From an uncultured Pseudomonadales bacterium (GTDB taxonomy: Bacteria > Patescibacteriota > Microgenomatia > UBA1400 > RBG-16-45-19), in the NCBI GenBank assembly GCA_964441155.1, contig CAYYKL010000005.1, forward strand, positions 4,434-68,433: 64,000 bases of DNA. Direction: 5' to 3'. Every line of letters starts with the position of its first letter. Positions within the stretch are counted from its first letter, which is position 1. The position numbers and the translations under genes were made by a program. The notes beneath the pieces are model-generated. The model saw only the letters and a list, made by a program, of their open reading frames with translations. It searched no databases and was not told the DNA's origin. Of this stretch, positions 1 through 9,164 are shown piece by piece.

Positions 1-531
1 CCGAGTGCAACGCGAATGGATCGTTGCTGGAACCTTATGTGATTCAGTGGTGCAGAGAATAAAAATTGCATGTGCTGGAGGTTCTTCAATCGTTTTTAAA
101 AGCGCATTAAACGCTTCAGTGGTCAACATGTGCACTTCATCGATAATATAGATGCAAAATGCTCCACCCGATGGAGCCAAAATTACTTGCTCTTTAAGCG
201 TTCTGATATCATCAATACCTCGGTTTGACGCTGCATCGATTTCAATCACTGACAAGCTTGAGCCTGCTGTGATGCTCGAACAACTTTCACAGGTGTTGCA
301 CGGCTCGTTAAGACTTTTTGCTGGTACCTCAGGTGAGGGCGCGTTCTTTGAGCAATTTAAAACTTTGGCGATAATTCGAGCAGTGCTCGTTTTGCCAGTG
401 CCTCGAGGACCAGTAAATAAATAGGCATGAGAAAACGAGCCAGATTTGAGAATGGCATTGAGCTGGTTTCGGACAATTTCAATGTCGAGATCTTGTATTT
501 TAGAAGGGCGATATTTTGAATAAAATGACAT
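1..531 (-). CDS. dnaX: DNA polymerase III subunit gamma/tau, N-terminal part (gene continues past the window edge)
   Basis: Reverse translation from ATG at 531 gives MSFYSKYRPSKIQDL, GPRGTGKTSTARIIAK, CNTCESC zinc motif, IIDEVHML, NALLKTIEEPP and FILCTTE..KVPATIHSRC, which are clamp-loader box motifs. The ORF track shows a different frame (357..545) that appears spurious. Confidence 0.85.
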   Translation of the reverse strand, partial: MSFYSKYRPSKIQDLDIEIVRNQLNAILKSGSFSHAYLFTGPRGTGKTSTARIIAKVLNCSKNAPSPEVPAKSLNEPCNTCESCSSITAGSSLSVIEIDAASNRGIDDIRTLKEQVILAPSGGAFCIYIIDEVHMLTTEAFNALLKTIEEPPAHAIFILCTTESHKVPATIHSRCTR

Positions 532-623
532 GTGGTTGTTTGCATTTAGATAATTGTTCGATCCAACCTTATCATGCCTCAACCGAAGCTGTTAAGCCCT
601 AAGTAGTCACTTTAAAAAAGAAG

Positions 624-1037
624 TTACTCGTGATGATGTCCGCGCAAGTGTTCGAGTCCATGAGCAAACAGAAATGCAAATTCATCAATGAGCGGAATAC
701 CTTTGTTCTCTGCTTGCTTTGTGGCCACATCAGCGCAGAGAGCAATATCACCTAAAAAGTCATCCGTCTCCCCTACCATGACAAACGGCTCGCTTGAAAC
801 CTGGCTTTGGGGATCAAGATACGGAAAGCTTAAGACGTCAGTCGGGGCGTCAACTGAGTGATATTCTCGGTTAAGTTCGCGCATTCGCTCGGAGTTCACC
901 AACGACACTGCTACTGAATCAGGCTTGAGATTGAGGTTTGTGAGATGCGTCGTGATTCGCTCGGTTAACTCCACCACAAAATCATCGTCAAGTGACGCAT
1001 CGTCAACCACCACTACTGAAGTGTTGTCTGTAACCAA
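624..1037 (-). CDS. ybeY: rRNA maturation endoribonuclease YbeY
   Basis: 137 aa with VLSFPY and HGLEHLRGHHHE (H..H.....H zinc motif). It lies between rpsU and dnaX. The start is TTG at 1037 or a nearby GTG. Confidence 0.8.
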   Translation of the reverse strand: MVTDNTSVVVVDDASLDDDFVVELTERITTHLTNLNLKPDSVAVSLVNSERMRELNREYHSVDAPTDVLSFPYLDPQSQVSSEPFVMVGETDDFLGDIALCADVATKQAENKGIPLIDEFAFLFAHGLEHLRGHHHE

Positions 1038-1064
1038 AGTAAACTCGTGTTTAAAAGCTTTATT

Positions 1065-1265
1065 TTATGCAAATATTGTTCGCTGATTTCGTCGTTTTTG
1101 CCGTTCCCATTCTTTTCGTTTTTCTTTTTTCATTTCAGATGGTTTACGGAAAAAATCGCGTTTTCTGGCTTCTTTAAGCACTTGGTCTTGAGCTACTTGT
1201 TTTTTAAACCGGCGAATGACACTCATAACCGGTTCATCTTTTTTTGCCTTGATGACTGTGGGCAC
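1065..1265 (-). CDS. rpsU: 30S ribosomal protein S21
   Basis: PTVIKAKKDEPVMSVIRRFKKQ..KEARKRDFFRKPSE with a basic C-terminus. GGAGGTG RBS lies 6 nt upstream of GTG at 1263-1265. The ORF-track start at 1274 is probably 3 codons too long. Confidence 0.85.
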   Translation of the reverse strand: MPTVIKAKKDEPVMSVIRRFKKQVAQDQVLKEARKRDFFRKPSEMKKEKRKEWERQKRRNQRTIFA

Positions 1266-1481
1266 GAAAAACACCTCCCATCAAACTGATTTCACGTACT
1301 TTTATATCTATTCGAAGTGCAATTGTAACACATTGCCATACGTAAGGGACATAGGGTGAGCAAAAAATACACGGACTGAGCAACACAAATACCTGCAAAC
1401 CTCGTGTTAAGAAAATTGTTTCAAATAGAGCAAAGATGAAATATTTGTGTAGTTCTCGCCAGAACACTCAAATAGAATTTG

Positions 1482-2738
1482 TTAGCCAGTAGTAACTTGT
1501 GTAAAAAAGCCACGATCTCTGATGATCTGATCAATTGAAGTTTTTTTACTTGAAAGAAGTTCAACCACAACAAGCAGCAATAACCCCAACCATTGACTAC
1601 TGGCTAGAAGCGACATGCCGGGTAAGAATGAAGGCAACCAGGCGCCGTTAAAACTTAGCAGAAATAAAACCGGCAAGTACACAAACCGTTTTTGAGCTAA
1701 TCGCAATAACACATAGGGAATAAAAAGTGCATGATAGTATTGCCACGGTGTGGGGTGAATGAGCAAGACTACTGCCAACAATCTCATGCCCCATTGCAAT
1801 CGATTTTCTGCCGTCCATTTTTTCCAGGGCGTTTCTGTTGCCATCCAGAGGCCAACAAGAAGTAGCATGCCAATACTCCAAACGCCGACAAACGTGGTCA
1901 GCCACGATCCCTCGACCCGTAAACGACCCAGCATTGAGGCAAAAGATTGGTTCTGCATGCTTACGCCATTATGTGCCGTTGGTGTTTTGACGACGTGAGC
2001 CGCATACGTGAAGTAAGAGCGCCATTGCAATGGCCAGAGCAATAAACTGAGGAGCACTATGAATGCGATTATGCTTCCGGCTACTCCTGCCTTGATTAAT
2101 TCCGATCGTTTTTTATTTACGAGGGGCAAAAGCACTGCCGGGAATAATTTCAAGCAAATGGCGAACGCCAAACCAATTGATGTGACTACTGAAGAACTCA
2201 AGAGGAAGTTTATGCTTCCCCAGGTGACCATTCCCATTGGATTTCCAGCTCCGAGTGAATAACTAACTGGGAACGACCAAGCCATAAAGGTAAGCCCCAT
2301 CCACCAAAAACTTTTTTTAAGCGAGAAGTGACGAATAAACTTTTTGGTTATGAGATGCCAGGCCAATACATATAACAGGACATTAATGATGGTGAAAACA
2401 AATTGCGCCAGAATAAGCGGGAGGCTCAAGAATGGTAAAAAAGGAATGAGGGTAAATGGCGGCCCAAAGGGAGCACTCTCGCCGATCACCCAAATTGCCT
2501 GATGTGTAAGCAAATTTTTTCCCGCATGATAGTAGGCCGTGAAATCACCCATCCCTCCACTTCCGACAATGGTGCCTAAATCAAAAAGTCGATAGCCCCA
2601 AGAAATTAGAGCCAGAACTATCGTTGCCAATAACCATAATCCACTGAGGAATTTTTTTAGCCGTGGATTTCCAGACTTTTTAGCTGAAACGGGCGGAATT
2701 ATTGCAGCCTGATTTTTTGGCAATCGCTTGGTGGACAT
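1482..2738 (-). CDS. polytopic integral membrane protein, putative GT-C type glycosyl/mannosyltransferase (DUF2029-like)
   Basis: 418 aa with at least 10 predicted hydrophobic helices and a basic N-terminus. The stop overlaps the start of the upstream gene (TAATG). Family assignment is by overall architecture only. Confidence 0.4.
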   Translation of the reverse strand: MSTKRLPKNQAAIIPPVSAKKSGNPRLKKFLSGLWLLATIVLALISWGYRLFDLGTIVGSGGMGDFTAYYHAGKNLLTHQAIWVIGESAPFGPPFTLIPFLPFLSLPLILAQFVFTIINVLLYVLAWHLITKKFIRHFSLKKSFWWMGLTFMAWSFPVSYSLGAGNPMGMVTWGSINFLLSSSVVTSIGLAFAICLKLFPAVLLPLVNKKRSELIKAGVAGSIIAFIVLLSLLLWPLQWRSYFTYAAHVVKTPTAHNGVSMQNQSFASMLGRLRVEGSWLTTFVGVWSIGMLLLVGLWMATETPWKKWTAENRLQWGMRLLAVVLLIHPTPWQYYHALFIPYVLLRLAQKRFVYLPVLFLLSFNGAWLPSFLPGMSLLASSQWLGLLLLVVVELLSSKKTSIDQIIRDRGFFTQVTTG

Positions 2739-3622
2739 TAGATGCTCTTGATAAGTTCTACCACTTGTTTGAGTGTGAGTGGGGTTGGCACTTGACCTGC
2801 ATGCTTACGCGAACCATTAAGCAACATTGTCTTAGATGGATGCATATACCAAGTTCCGGTTGAATCTATGTGTTTTATCGCTTCATGAATCGGCGTTAAA
2901 TCAAAGCCTCGATCGGGTATGGCTTTGATTCTAATGTGACCTTTTTCTTGGTCTTTTCGCACAACTAATACCGAACCACGCTTTTGTGCCAACTTCACCA
3001 CCTCATCATTTTGGTTTTCAATCGCCATGGCTTTACCCCAGCGAGTTTCAAATTCAATTGTTTTATGAGCCAAATCATCGATAGCGGCGACAAATTCCTT
3101 GGTCGCTGCCAAAACGCCATCTAAACACACCATGCCAAATTCCAGAAGCTCATGATCACTAAAGTGTCTAACACTGCGCAAACCATTCAAAATTTCTTCG
3201 AGCATAAACAGATAACGATCGTTGTCTGCTTCGGGCCAATAACACGAGCCGAAATGATCGGTATCATTGATAAAATCAACGACCCGCTTGAGGGCTTCAT
3301 TATTGGAATAATCTGGATATTTAGTCAGCAAATAGTGGTATACGCGTAGCGTGGCCGAGTCGCGCAAATTGTTGTCTGGCTGATGATGGTCAAATGGCCC
3401 TAAACCAGTATCCACATGTATCACCTGGTCGCGATGTAAGCCTTTGGCAGCCAACACTTCGTCCGAAACTTCACTGCCAGCGTTTACAAAGTAATATTCA
3501 ACTTGAGAAAAATGTTGCTTGTCGAAGCGCATAAAGAGCCAACATGCGCCAATCGCATCCAAATCAGGATTTTGGTGAGTGGCCAGCATACGCACATCCA
3601 TCATGTCGTGAGTGGTTTGCAT
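2738..3622 (-). CDS. DHH-family phosphoesterase (NrnA-like nanoRNase/pAp phosphatase)
   Basis: THQNPDLDAIGACWL (DHH motif I) and GPFDHHQPDN (DHH motif III); 294 aa. Confidence 0.7.
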   Translation of the reverse strand: MQTTHDMMDVRMLATHQNPDLDAIGACWLFMRFDKQHFSQVEYYFVNAGSEVSDEVLAAKGLHRDQVIHVDTGLGPFDHHQPDNNLRDSATLRVYHYLLTKYPDYSNNEALKRVVDFINDTDHFGSCYWPEADNDRYLFMLEEILNGLRSVRHFSDHELLEFGMVCLDGVLAATKEFVAAIDDLAHKTIEFETRWGKAMAIENQNDEVVKLAQKRGSVLVVRKDQEKGHIRIKAIPDRGFDLTPIHEAIKHIDSTGTWYMHPSKTMLLNGSRKHAGQVPTPLTLKQVVELIKSI

Positions 3623-3625
3623 AGT

Positions 3626-5350
3626 TTATTTCGCACCTAACCGTTGTAACAAAGTGGTCCGATCAATAATCTCAAACGTTGCCTCACCTCGGCGTTTCCA
3701 TTCAACCTGGTCTCCCGTTTTTTCTGACACAACTAAGCGCACCGGGCATCCGATTAAGTCTGCATCAGCGAATTTTTTTCCGGGTGATTCATCGCGCTCA
3801 TCCCACAAGACTTCAATTCCTGAATCGGTTAACTGACCATACACAGTTTTAGCTTGTTGTTCAGACCCTTTAAGAGAAATGAGATGGACTGCATAGGGTG
3901 CAATTATCTCCGGCCAGAGCAAGCCACGATCATCGTGATAGATTTCGGCGATAGTTGCCATGGTGCGGGCCAATCCAATGCCATATGAACCCATATAATA
4001 CGGCTGTTTGGTGCCATCTGATGCGATGTAGCTAGCATTAGCCATTTTGTTTGCGTAGTGATGTCCAAGTTGAAAAATATTTCCCACTTCAATGCCCCGT
4101 TTTTCGATCAGTGGTTGGCCTGAATCTGTTAAAAATCCTGCCTGGGCCATGGCAATATCAGCTTCAATCTCGTGAGTGAAATCTCGACCATAATTAACGT
4201 GTTGCGAATCAGTCGCTTCTTCTTTTTGCCCGCCGATAAAGTTTTTGACATGCTTTAGCGACTCATCGGCAACATAGATCACTCGGGCATCGCGGTTTTC
4301 ACTCGATACTTTGCGGGGCGTAATAAATGAGTGTCCCCACGAATGCACATATCCATATTTGGTGCCGATGGCCTGCAAGTCTTCCGGTGTTGCATCCTCG
4401 AGCTGACCGACCAAATCCAGCGCATGCTCTAATTTGGTTTTGTTGACGTCCAGATCTCCGCGAATGGTGGCGATGATAATATCGCCTTGCCTGCTGCGGT
4501 AGACGACATTTTTGAGATAGCGCCAAGCCGGTTGCCCATAGTGTTTCAGGTTATCTTCCATGGTGCGTACCCACTCAGGTTGATCAACGATTGCAAAATC
4601 TTTGATCTCTTCATCGGGATTTTTGTGTTCGTGCCTAAATGTTGCCACATCTTCATGAGCGTAATACGAGCCATCTTCGGTCACAAAAAATCTGCCTTCC
4701 CCTTCTGGGTGTTCAACTTGAAACTCATGACAATATTCGCCACCAATGTAGCCATTGTCTGCTTCGACAACTAAAACTTCTAACCCCAGGCGTTTGAATA
4801 TGGTGAGATAGGCTTGCTTCATGTTTTCGTATTCTTTTTTAAACGCTTGCTCATCGACATCAAAGCTGTAGGCATCTTTCATGATAAATTCTCGCAAGCG
4901 CAATAACCCTCCACGAGCTCTCAGCTCATCTCGAAATTTGTTGGAAAATTGATAAATATTTATCGGCAGATCTTTATGCGACAAATTAAATTTACGCACC
5001 ACATCGGTAAACATTTCTTCAGCCGTTCCGCCAAGGGCAAATTCCCCACCGCGCCGGTCCACAATCTTCATGAGCTCAAACCCGGCAGTACTCGTGCGAT
5101 TGGTTTCTTTCCACAATTCCAGCGGATGAAGTGTGGGTGAAAGCATTTCTTGCGATCCGGCTTTATCCATTTCTTGTTTGATCACTGCTTTGATTTTGTC
5201 GTGCACCCTCCAACCCAATGGCAACATAAAATATCGCCCAGCCGCACTTTCACGAATGAAGCCACCCTTTACTAACAATTGATGGCTTTTTAGCTTTGAG
5301 CCTTTTTGCTCACCATGAGTCGTTTTGCCAAAGAGGCTTGAATAACGCAT
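3626..5350 (-). CDS. proS: proline--tRNA ligase (bacterial type with editing insertion)
   Basis: MRYSSLFGKT..SHQLLVKGGFIR..YFMLPLGWRV..LSPTLHPLELWKETNR matches the ProRS N-terminus. About 575 aa. ATG at 5350 is two codons inside the ORF-track GTG start. Confidence 0.9.
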   Translation of the reverse strand: MRYSSLFGKTTHGEQKGSKLKSHQLLVKGGFIRESAAGRYFMLPLGWRVHDKIKAVIKQEMDKAGSQEMLSPTLHPLELWKETNRTSTAGFELMKIVDRRGGEFALGGTAEEMFTDVVRKFNLSHKDLPINIYQFSNKFRDELRARGGLLRLREFIMKDAYSFDVDEQAFKKEYENMKQAYLTIFKRLGLEVLVVEADNGYIGGEYCHEFQVEHPEGEGRFFVTEDGSYYAHEDVATFRHEHKNPDEEIKDFAIVDQPEWVRTMEDNLKHYGQPAWRYLKNVVYRSRQGDIIIATIRGDLDVNKTKLEHALDLVGQLEDATPEDLQAIGTKYGYVHSWGHSFITPRKVSSENRDARVIYVADESLKHVKNFIGGQKEEATDSQHVNYGRDFTHEIEADIAMAQAGFLTDSGQPLIEKRGIEVGNIFQLGHHYANKMANASYIASDGTKQPYYMGSYGIGLARTMATIAEIYHDDRGLLWPEIIAPYAVHLISLKGSEQQAKTVYGQLTDSGIEVLWDERDESPGKKFADADLIGCPVRLVVSEKTGDQVEWKRRGEATFEIIDRTTLLQRLGAK

Positions 5351-5431
5351 AAGCACTATATTCCTGAAGAAAACAATGGCCTTAGTGTATCATGAACGAT
5401 AGCTGCAACTCACGCGTGATATAGTTTATAT

Positions 5432-6115
5432 ATGCATAACCCGGCTAATGAAGTATTGGCTGACGCTTTAAGCTCAATTCCTCAAGAAAAAAGAGATATT
5501 GCTGTATACCCTTCGCGCAAAAATTTCCGTCGCCATTCTGCTATGCTCATCGCCGCCGTGACTGCTGTTAGTTTGGCTGGCATCGCCGCACTCATTTCAC
5601 TCAAGCCTGTGGCATATATCGGATCAAAAGCAGATGTAGCCGAACCAGCCATTATCGAAATTCAAAACTTTATCGAACCCTGCGATCTTCACTACGAAGG
5701 TTGCCATGATCCCGTATCTTATGTCGATACTTTGTCACTTGAGACAGATGTTAAAGAAAGCATGTTGCACGTTGCCCAACAATACAACCTAAGCCCTCAA
5801 ATTTTGTTAACTCTTATCTATGTGGAGCGAGATATTCCGCCATCAGTGACCATAGAACTAACCGAAGCTTCACTTGTGCGAACGGCAGAACAACTGGTAA
5901 CTGCACTTAAAAACTCGGCTAAACCTCCAAGGGTTTTCAATCATCCAACGTACGGACCATACAAGCTCAATTCACTCAATGAATCGAGCTTTGCGCTCTT
6001 GAACTACTTAGCCGTGAATACGGATAATCAATCACATTTCGAATCGGCAATTCAATCGCCGAGTGAGACTGATCCTCAGGTTGTTGGTTTTGTGGAAATG
6101 TTCAACGCACTCTAA
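5432..6115 (+). CDS. hypothetical protein with one N-proximal transmembrane segment
   Basis: 227 aa ORF with hydrophobic stretch LIAAVTAVSLAGIAALISL. No recognisable catalytic motif. Confidence 0.45.
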   Translation: MHNPANEVLADALSSIPQEKRDIAVYPSRKNFRRHSAMLIAAVTAVSLAGIAALISLKPVAYIGSKADVAEPAIIEIQNFIEPCDLHYEGCHDPVSYVDTLSLETDVKESMLHVAQQYNLSPQILLTLIYVERDIPPSVTIELTEASLVRTAEQLVTALKNSAKPPRVFNHPTYGPYKLNSLNESSFALLNYLAVNTDNQSHFESAIQSPSETDPQVVGFVEMFNAL

Positions 6116-6140
6116 AACAATATTCTAGGTATTGCGTTTA

Positions 6141-6212
6141 TTGTTCGAGACGCGTCGAGAACTCAATTCATGGCTGATAGTTTTGACTTCTCACGTTCGT
6201 TCGAAGAGTATC
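6141..6212. repeat. dispersed intergenic imperfect-palindrome repeat, copy A (TGTTCGAG..CGAGAACT..ACTTCTCAC..TCGAAGAG)
   Basis: Shares the nested motif TTCGAG / GAGAACT / ACTTCTC / TCGAAG with copies at 8497-8557, 10046-10118, 19847-19912 and 46173-46215. Confidence 0.6.
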
Positions 6213-6227
6213 TGCTCGGAAATGCAT

Positions 6228-7364
6228 TTAAGGCCATAAATTCTTAAACCAACTTTGTACGCTCGCATCTTGCACCACCCGAGAAATATCACGTGCGGAT
6301 ACCGCCACAATCATGCTGATTAGCAACATAAAACCGGCAAAGTTGGCATAGTGCTCGATCTTGGGATTAATGCGCTTCCTGCGAATTCCTTCATAGAGCA
6401 AAAAGATCACCCTGCCACCGTCTAGTGCAGGGAATGGAATCAAATTGATAATTGCTAAGTTGATTGACAAAATTGCCGCAAAGTTTAGGCGGTCAAGCCA
6501 ACCGCTCGTAAGGATTCCTTCTTTTTGAGCCATGTGCACGATCCCCACCGGCCCAGCCACCTCAACGGGAAGTTTTCCCTGGGTAAAGATATTAGCCACC
6601 ATGGTCCCCAAAGACTTCAAGAGAAGTATTCCAAATTCAACCGCCGATTGCAGTCCAACGACTGCGCCTCGAAATGGCATTTGCCAAGTTGGATAGCGTT
6701 TTAACTCGAAGTCATTGATGACCACACCGATTGAGCCTTGATCTGCGGGGATTTCTTCTTTGGAGCGAACATACACTTCGGTTGCCTGCACTTGATCGTT
6801 CCTTTTGAACTGAACGGTTGCCGTTTCACCAGCGAGCTGTTGCACCGCAGCGATAAAGCCTGCCGAGTCTTTTATTTGCAACGATACTTCGGTGGTTTCA
6901 ATTTGGGTTATCACATCCCCACTAGCCAAACCAGCCTCTTGAGCTGGAGAATTAGATGCCACCTGACTAATTTTCACACCATCAATCACCGTAGGAATGC
7001 CCATGATGGTGTAAATCGTGGCAAACGCTGCAACGCCAAAGGCAAAGTTCACGCTGACTCCGGCAATAATCACAATCATGCGCTGCCACACCGGCTTGTC
7101 AAAAAATGCTTTACCTTGAGTGCCTTTTCCCTCAGTCGTCATTGATCCATCTTCGCCAAACATGCGCACAAAACCACCAAAGGGCAGCCAATTGAGGGTA
7201 TATTCCGTTCCGCCTTTGTCTTTGTGAAGGGTTAGTGCTTTGGGTGGATAGCCCATGCCGAATTCTTCAACTTTGATACCAAACTTTTTCGCGGTCAAAA
7301 AATGACCCAATTCATGAATAAGCACGAGGAACGAAAGGATGAGGATGAAGATGATGATAGTCAT
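6228..7364 (-). CDS. rseP: RIP metalloprotease RseP (site-2 protease, M50 family with PDZ domain)
   Basis: N-terminal HELGHF (HExxH) in a TM helix, a central PDZ-like region, and a C-terminal LDGG motif (FPALDGGRV). Confidence 0.85.
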   Translation of the reverse strand: MTIIIFILILSFLVLIHELGHFLTAKKFGIKVEEFGMGYPPKALTLHKDKGGTEYTLNWLPFGGFVRMFGEDGSMTTEGKGTQGKAFFDKPVWQRMIVIIAGVSVNFAFGVAAFATIYTIMGIPTVIDGVKISQVASNSPAQEAGLASGDVITQIETTEVSLQIKDSAGFIAAVQQLAGETATVQFKRNDQVQATEVYVRSKEEIPADQGSIGVVINDFELKRYPTWQMPFRGAVVGLQSAVEFGILLLKSLGTMVANIFTQGKLPVEVAGPVGIVHMAQKEGILTSGWLDRLNFAAILSINLAIINLIPFPALDGGRVIFLLYEGIRRKRINPKIEHYANFAGFMLLISMIVAVSARDISRVVQDASVQSWFKNLWP

Positions 7365-7428
7365 ATATTTGATGTATCGAAAGTAACTAAAGTATCAAGC
7401 CATTAAGAATTGATCTAATGTCTAATTA

Positions 7429-7443
7429 TTCTAATTGCTCTAA
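7429..7443. repeat. left arm of perfect 15-bp inverted repeat flanking the four-helix-bundle gene (TTCTAATTGCTCTAA)
   Basis: Exact reverse complement of 7860-7874. Confidence 0.7.
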
Positions 7444-7462
7444 ATAATAACTAAAGCCCCAA

Positions 7463-7831
7463 TTATTTTACTTTTTTATAAATAGCATTGAAAATCAGAT
7501 GCAATTCTTTAGCTTCTTGCCATAAGAGCTTGGCTTCCTGATTCAACTCGGGCACAGCAACTATCACCATACGGATAAAGTGTTTTGATTCCCGACATTC
7601 TTTTTTAACAATGGCAATTTTATGGCGAAAATCCCTTTTACTATCTGCATCATCGGCTTCACAATAATTTGCCCCAATACTTGTTGCGCTTCTAATTAAC
7701 TGAGTAATTAATGGCCGAGTTATAGCGTCCTGAGAAATTTGTTTACAAAAGCTGATTATCTTTTCTCCAAATAACGCCGTTCTATCTTCAAGATCATATA
7801 CTTTATCTCGATTTGATTGGTTATCAGACAT
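7463..7831 (-). CDS. four-helix-bundle protein (TIGR02436-type, the family typically encoded in 23S rRNA intervening sequences)
   Basis: 122 aa with SIGANYCEA and ESKHFIRM signature segments of the four-helix-bundle family. Confidence 0.65.
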   Translation of the reverse strand: MSDNQSNRDKVYDLEDRTALFGEKIISFCKQISQDAITRPLITQLIRSATSIGANYCEADDADSKRDFRHKIAIVKKECRESKHFIRMVIVAVPELNQEAKLLWQEAKELHLIFNAIYKKVK

Positions 7832-7859
7832 TTGTAATTGGTTAGATCAATTAGGTTAA

Positions 7860-7874
7860 TTAGAGCAATTAGAA
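7860..7874. repeat. right arm of perfect 15-bp inverted repeat (TTAGAGCAATTAGAA)
   Basis: Exact reverse complement of 7429-7443. A second shorter inverted pair, AATTGATCTAA / TTAGATCAATT, lies just outside at 7408-7418 and 7843-7853. Confidence 0.7.
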
Positions 7875-7879
7875 ATTCT

Positions 7880-8425
7880 TTATAATTCCATCAACTCCTT
7901 CTCTTTGGTTTCAATCATGACTTCGAGTTTTTGTTGATATTGTTCAAACAATTTTTGCATTTCTTCCATCCAACTTTTGATGTCGTCTTCCGAGACTCCT
8001 GCATCATCTTCTTTCTCATCCAATTCTTTTTTCATCCGGGTACGACTATCACGCAACATATTTTTGCCACTCTCGTGTTTTTGCTTGACGAGTTTGACCA
8101 TTTCTTCACGGCGTTCTTGGGTGAGCTGTGGCACGACGATCCGAATAATATCGCCATCAACCACCGGATTAAGATTCAGGTTACTTATGCGAATGGCTTT
8201 TTCAATGTGGCCCAAAATACTTTTATCCCAGGGGCTCACGATAAGAAGTTGTGAGTCGGGCGCAGAAACAGTTGCTAATTCATTCAACTGCATCTGTTGA
8301 CCATAGGCTTCAACCCGAATATGCTCGAGCATAGAGGGTTTAGCGCGGCCCGTGCGGATGAGTTTTAATTCTTCAGCGACAACTTCTAGGGTTTTATCGA
8401 GACGTTTTTTGAACTCATCAAACAT
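7880..8425 (-). CDS. frr: ribosome recycling factor
   Basis: 181 aa; RVEAYGQQMQLNELATVS..DSQLLIVSPWDKS..IEKAIR.SNLNLNP is typical RRF. Confidence 0.9.
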   Translation of the reverse strand: MFDEFKKRLDKTLEVVAEELKLIRTGRAKPSMLEHIRVEAYGQQMQLNELATVSAPDSQLLIVSPWDKSILGHIEKAIRISNLNLNPVVDGDIIRIVVPQLTQERREEMVKLVKQKHESGKNMLRDSRTRMKKELDEKEDDAGVSEDDIKSWMEEMQKLFEQYQQKLEVMIETKEKELMEL

Positions 8426-8496
8426 AGGGTGCTCCTGACATTAAAAATTACTTGAGCCAATTGTATCACCTAGTCAATGTTAGAAATCCCTGTGTT

Positions 8497-8557
8497 ACGC
8501 TTCGAGGTACTCCGAGAAGTTTCTCATAGTAAAGTTCTCACGTTACCTCTCGAACAT
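8497..8557. repeat. dispersed intergenic imperfect-palindrome repeat, copy E
   Basis: CTTCGAG..GAGAAGT..AGTTCTC..CTCGAAC. It occupies the tsf-frr spacer where pyrH usually sits. Confidence 0.55.
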
Positions 8558-8601
8558 TAAAAAGCAATGCATGATATCAGCAACATGAGAAGTGACGAAA
8601 C

Positions 8602-9054
8602 CTAAACCGCCAACCGCTCGAACGCTTCAACTTTGACGTTTTCACCCAGTTTTCCAGCCACTTGCTTGACCAATTGCTCGATGGTGAGTTTAGCGTCACG
8701 CACATATTCTTGCTTGAGTAATGCTGCGGTGGATTCTGGCTCCATTGAAACGACCTGCATGGCAAGTTCTTTGGCCAGGTTTTTGAAATCATCGGTGCGG
8801 GCCACAAAGTCGGTTTCGCACAAGAGTTTGACGATAGCACCGCTGTTGCCGTTGTGATGAATGTAAACCCCAATCACACCCTGAGCAGTTTCACGATCAG
8901 CTTTTTTCTCGGCGCGCTGCATGCCTTTAGCTGCAATCCAGGCCTCGGCTTTTTTCATGTCGCCGCCAGATTCTTCCAGCGCTTTTTTGGCATCCATGAC
9001 ACCGGCACCAGTTTTCTCTCGTAATTGTTTGATTAATTCCATTGTTACTGCCAT
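8602..9054 (-). CDS. tsf: elongation factor Ts (short form)
   Basis: ELIKQLREKTGAGVMDAKKALEE..LLCETDFVARTDDF. AGGAGG RBS lies before ATG at 9054; the ORF-track start at 9087 is likely over-extended. Confidence 0.85.
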   Translation of the reverse strand: MAVTMELIKQLREKTGAGVMDAKKALEESGGDMKKAEAWIAAKGMQRAEKKADRETAQGVIGVYIHHNGNSGAIVKLLCETDFVARTDDFKNLAKELAMQVVSMEPESTAALLKQEYVRDAKLTIEQLVKQVAGKLGENVKVEAFERLAV

Positions 9055-9164
9055 AAACCTCCTATATATCATACTAACTTGACACACTGGCTAAACTTTT
9101 AAGAGCCAGTGTGTCACCCTGAGCAGATCTAGCGAGATGTGACGAGCTAGACTGCGTAGGGTTT

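Noticed and set aside
357-545. 62-aa ORF from the track at the dnaX 5' end
   Set aside because: It is out of frame relative to the clear DnaX reading frame (MSFYSKYRPSK...) that starts at 531, so it is a shadow ORF.
532-623. ffs (4.5S RNA) upstream of dnaX, as in many bacteria
   Set aside because: The spacer is only about 90 bp and lacks the SRP domain IV consensus.
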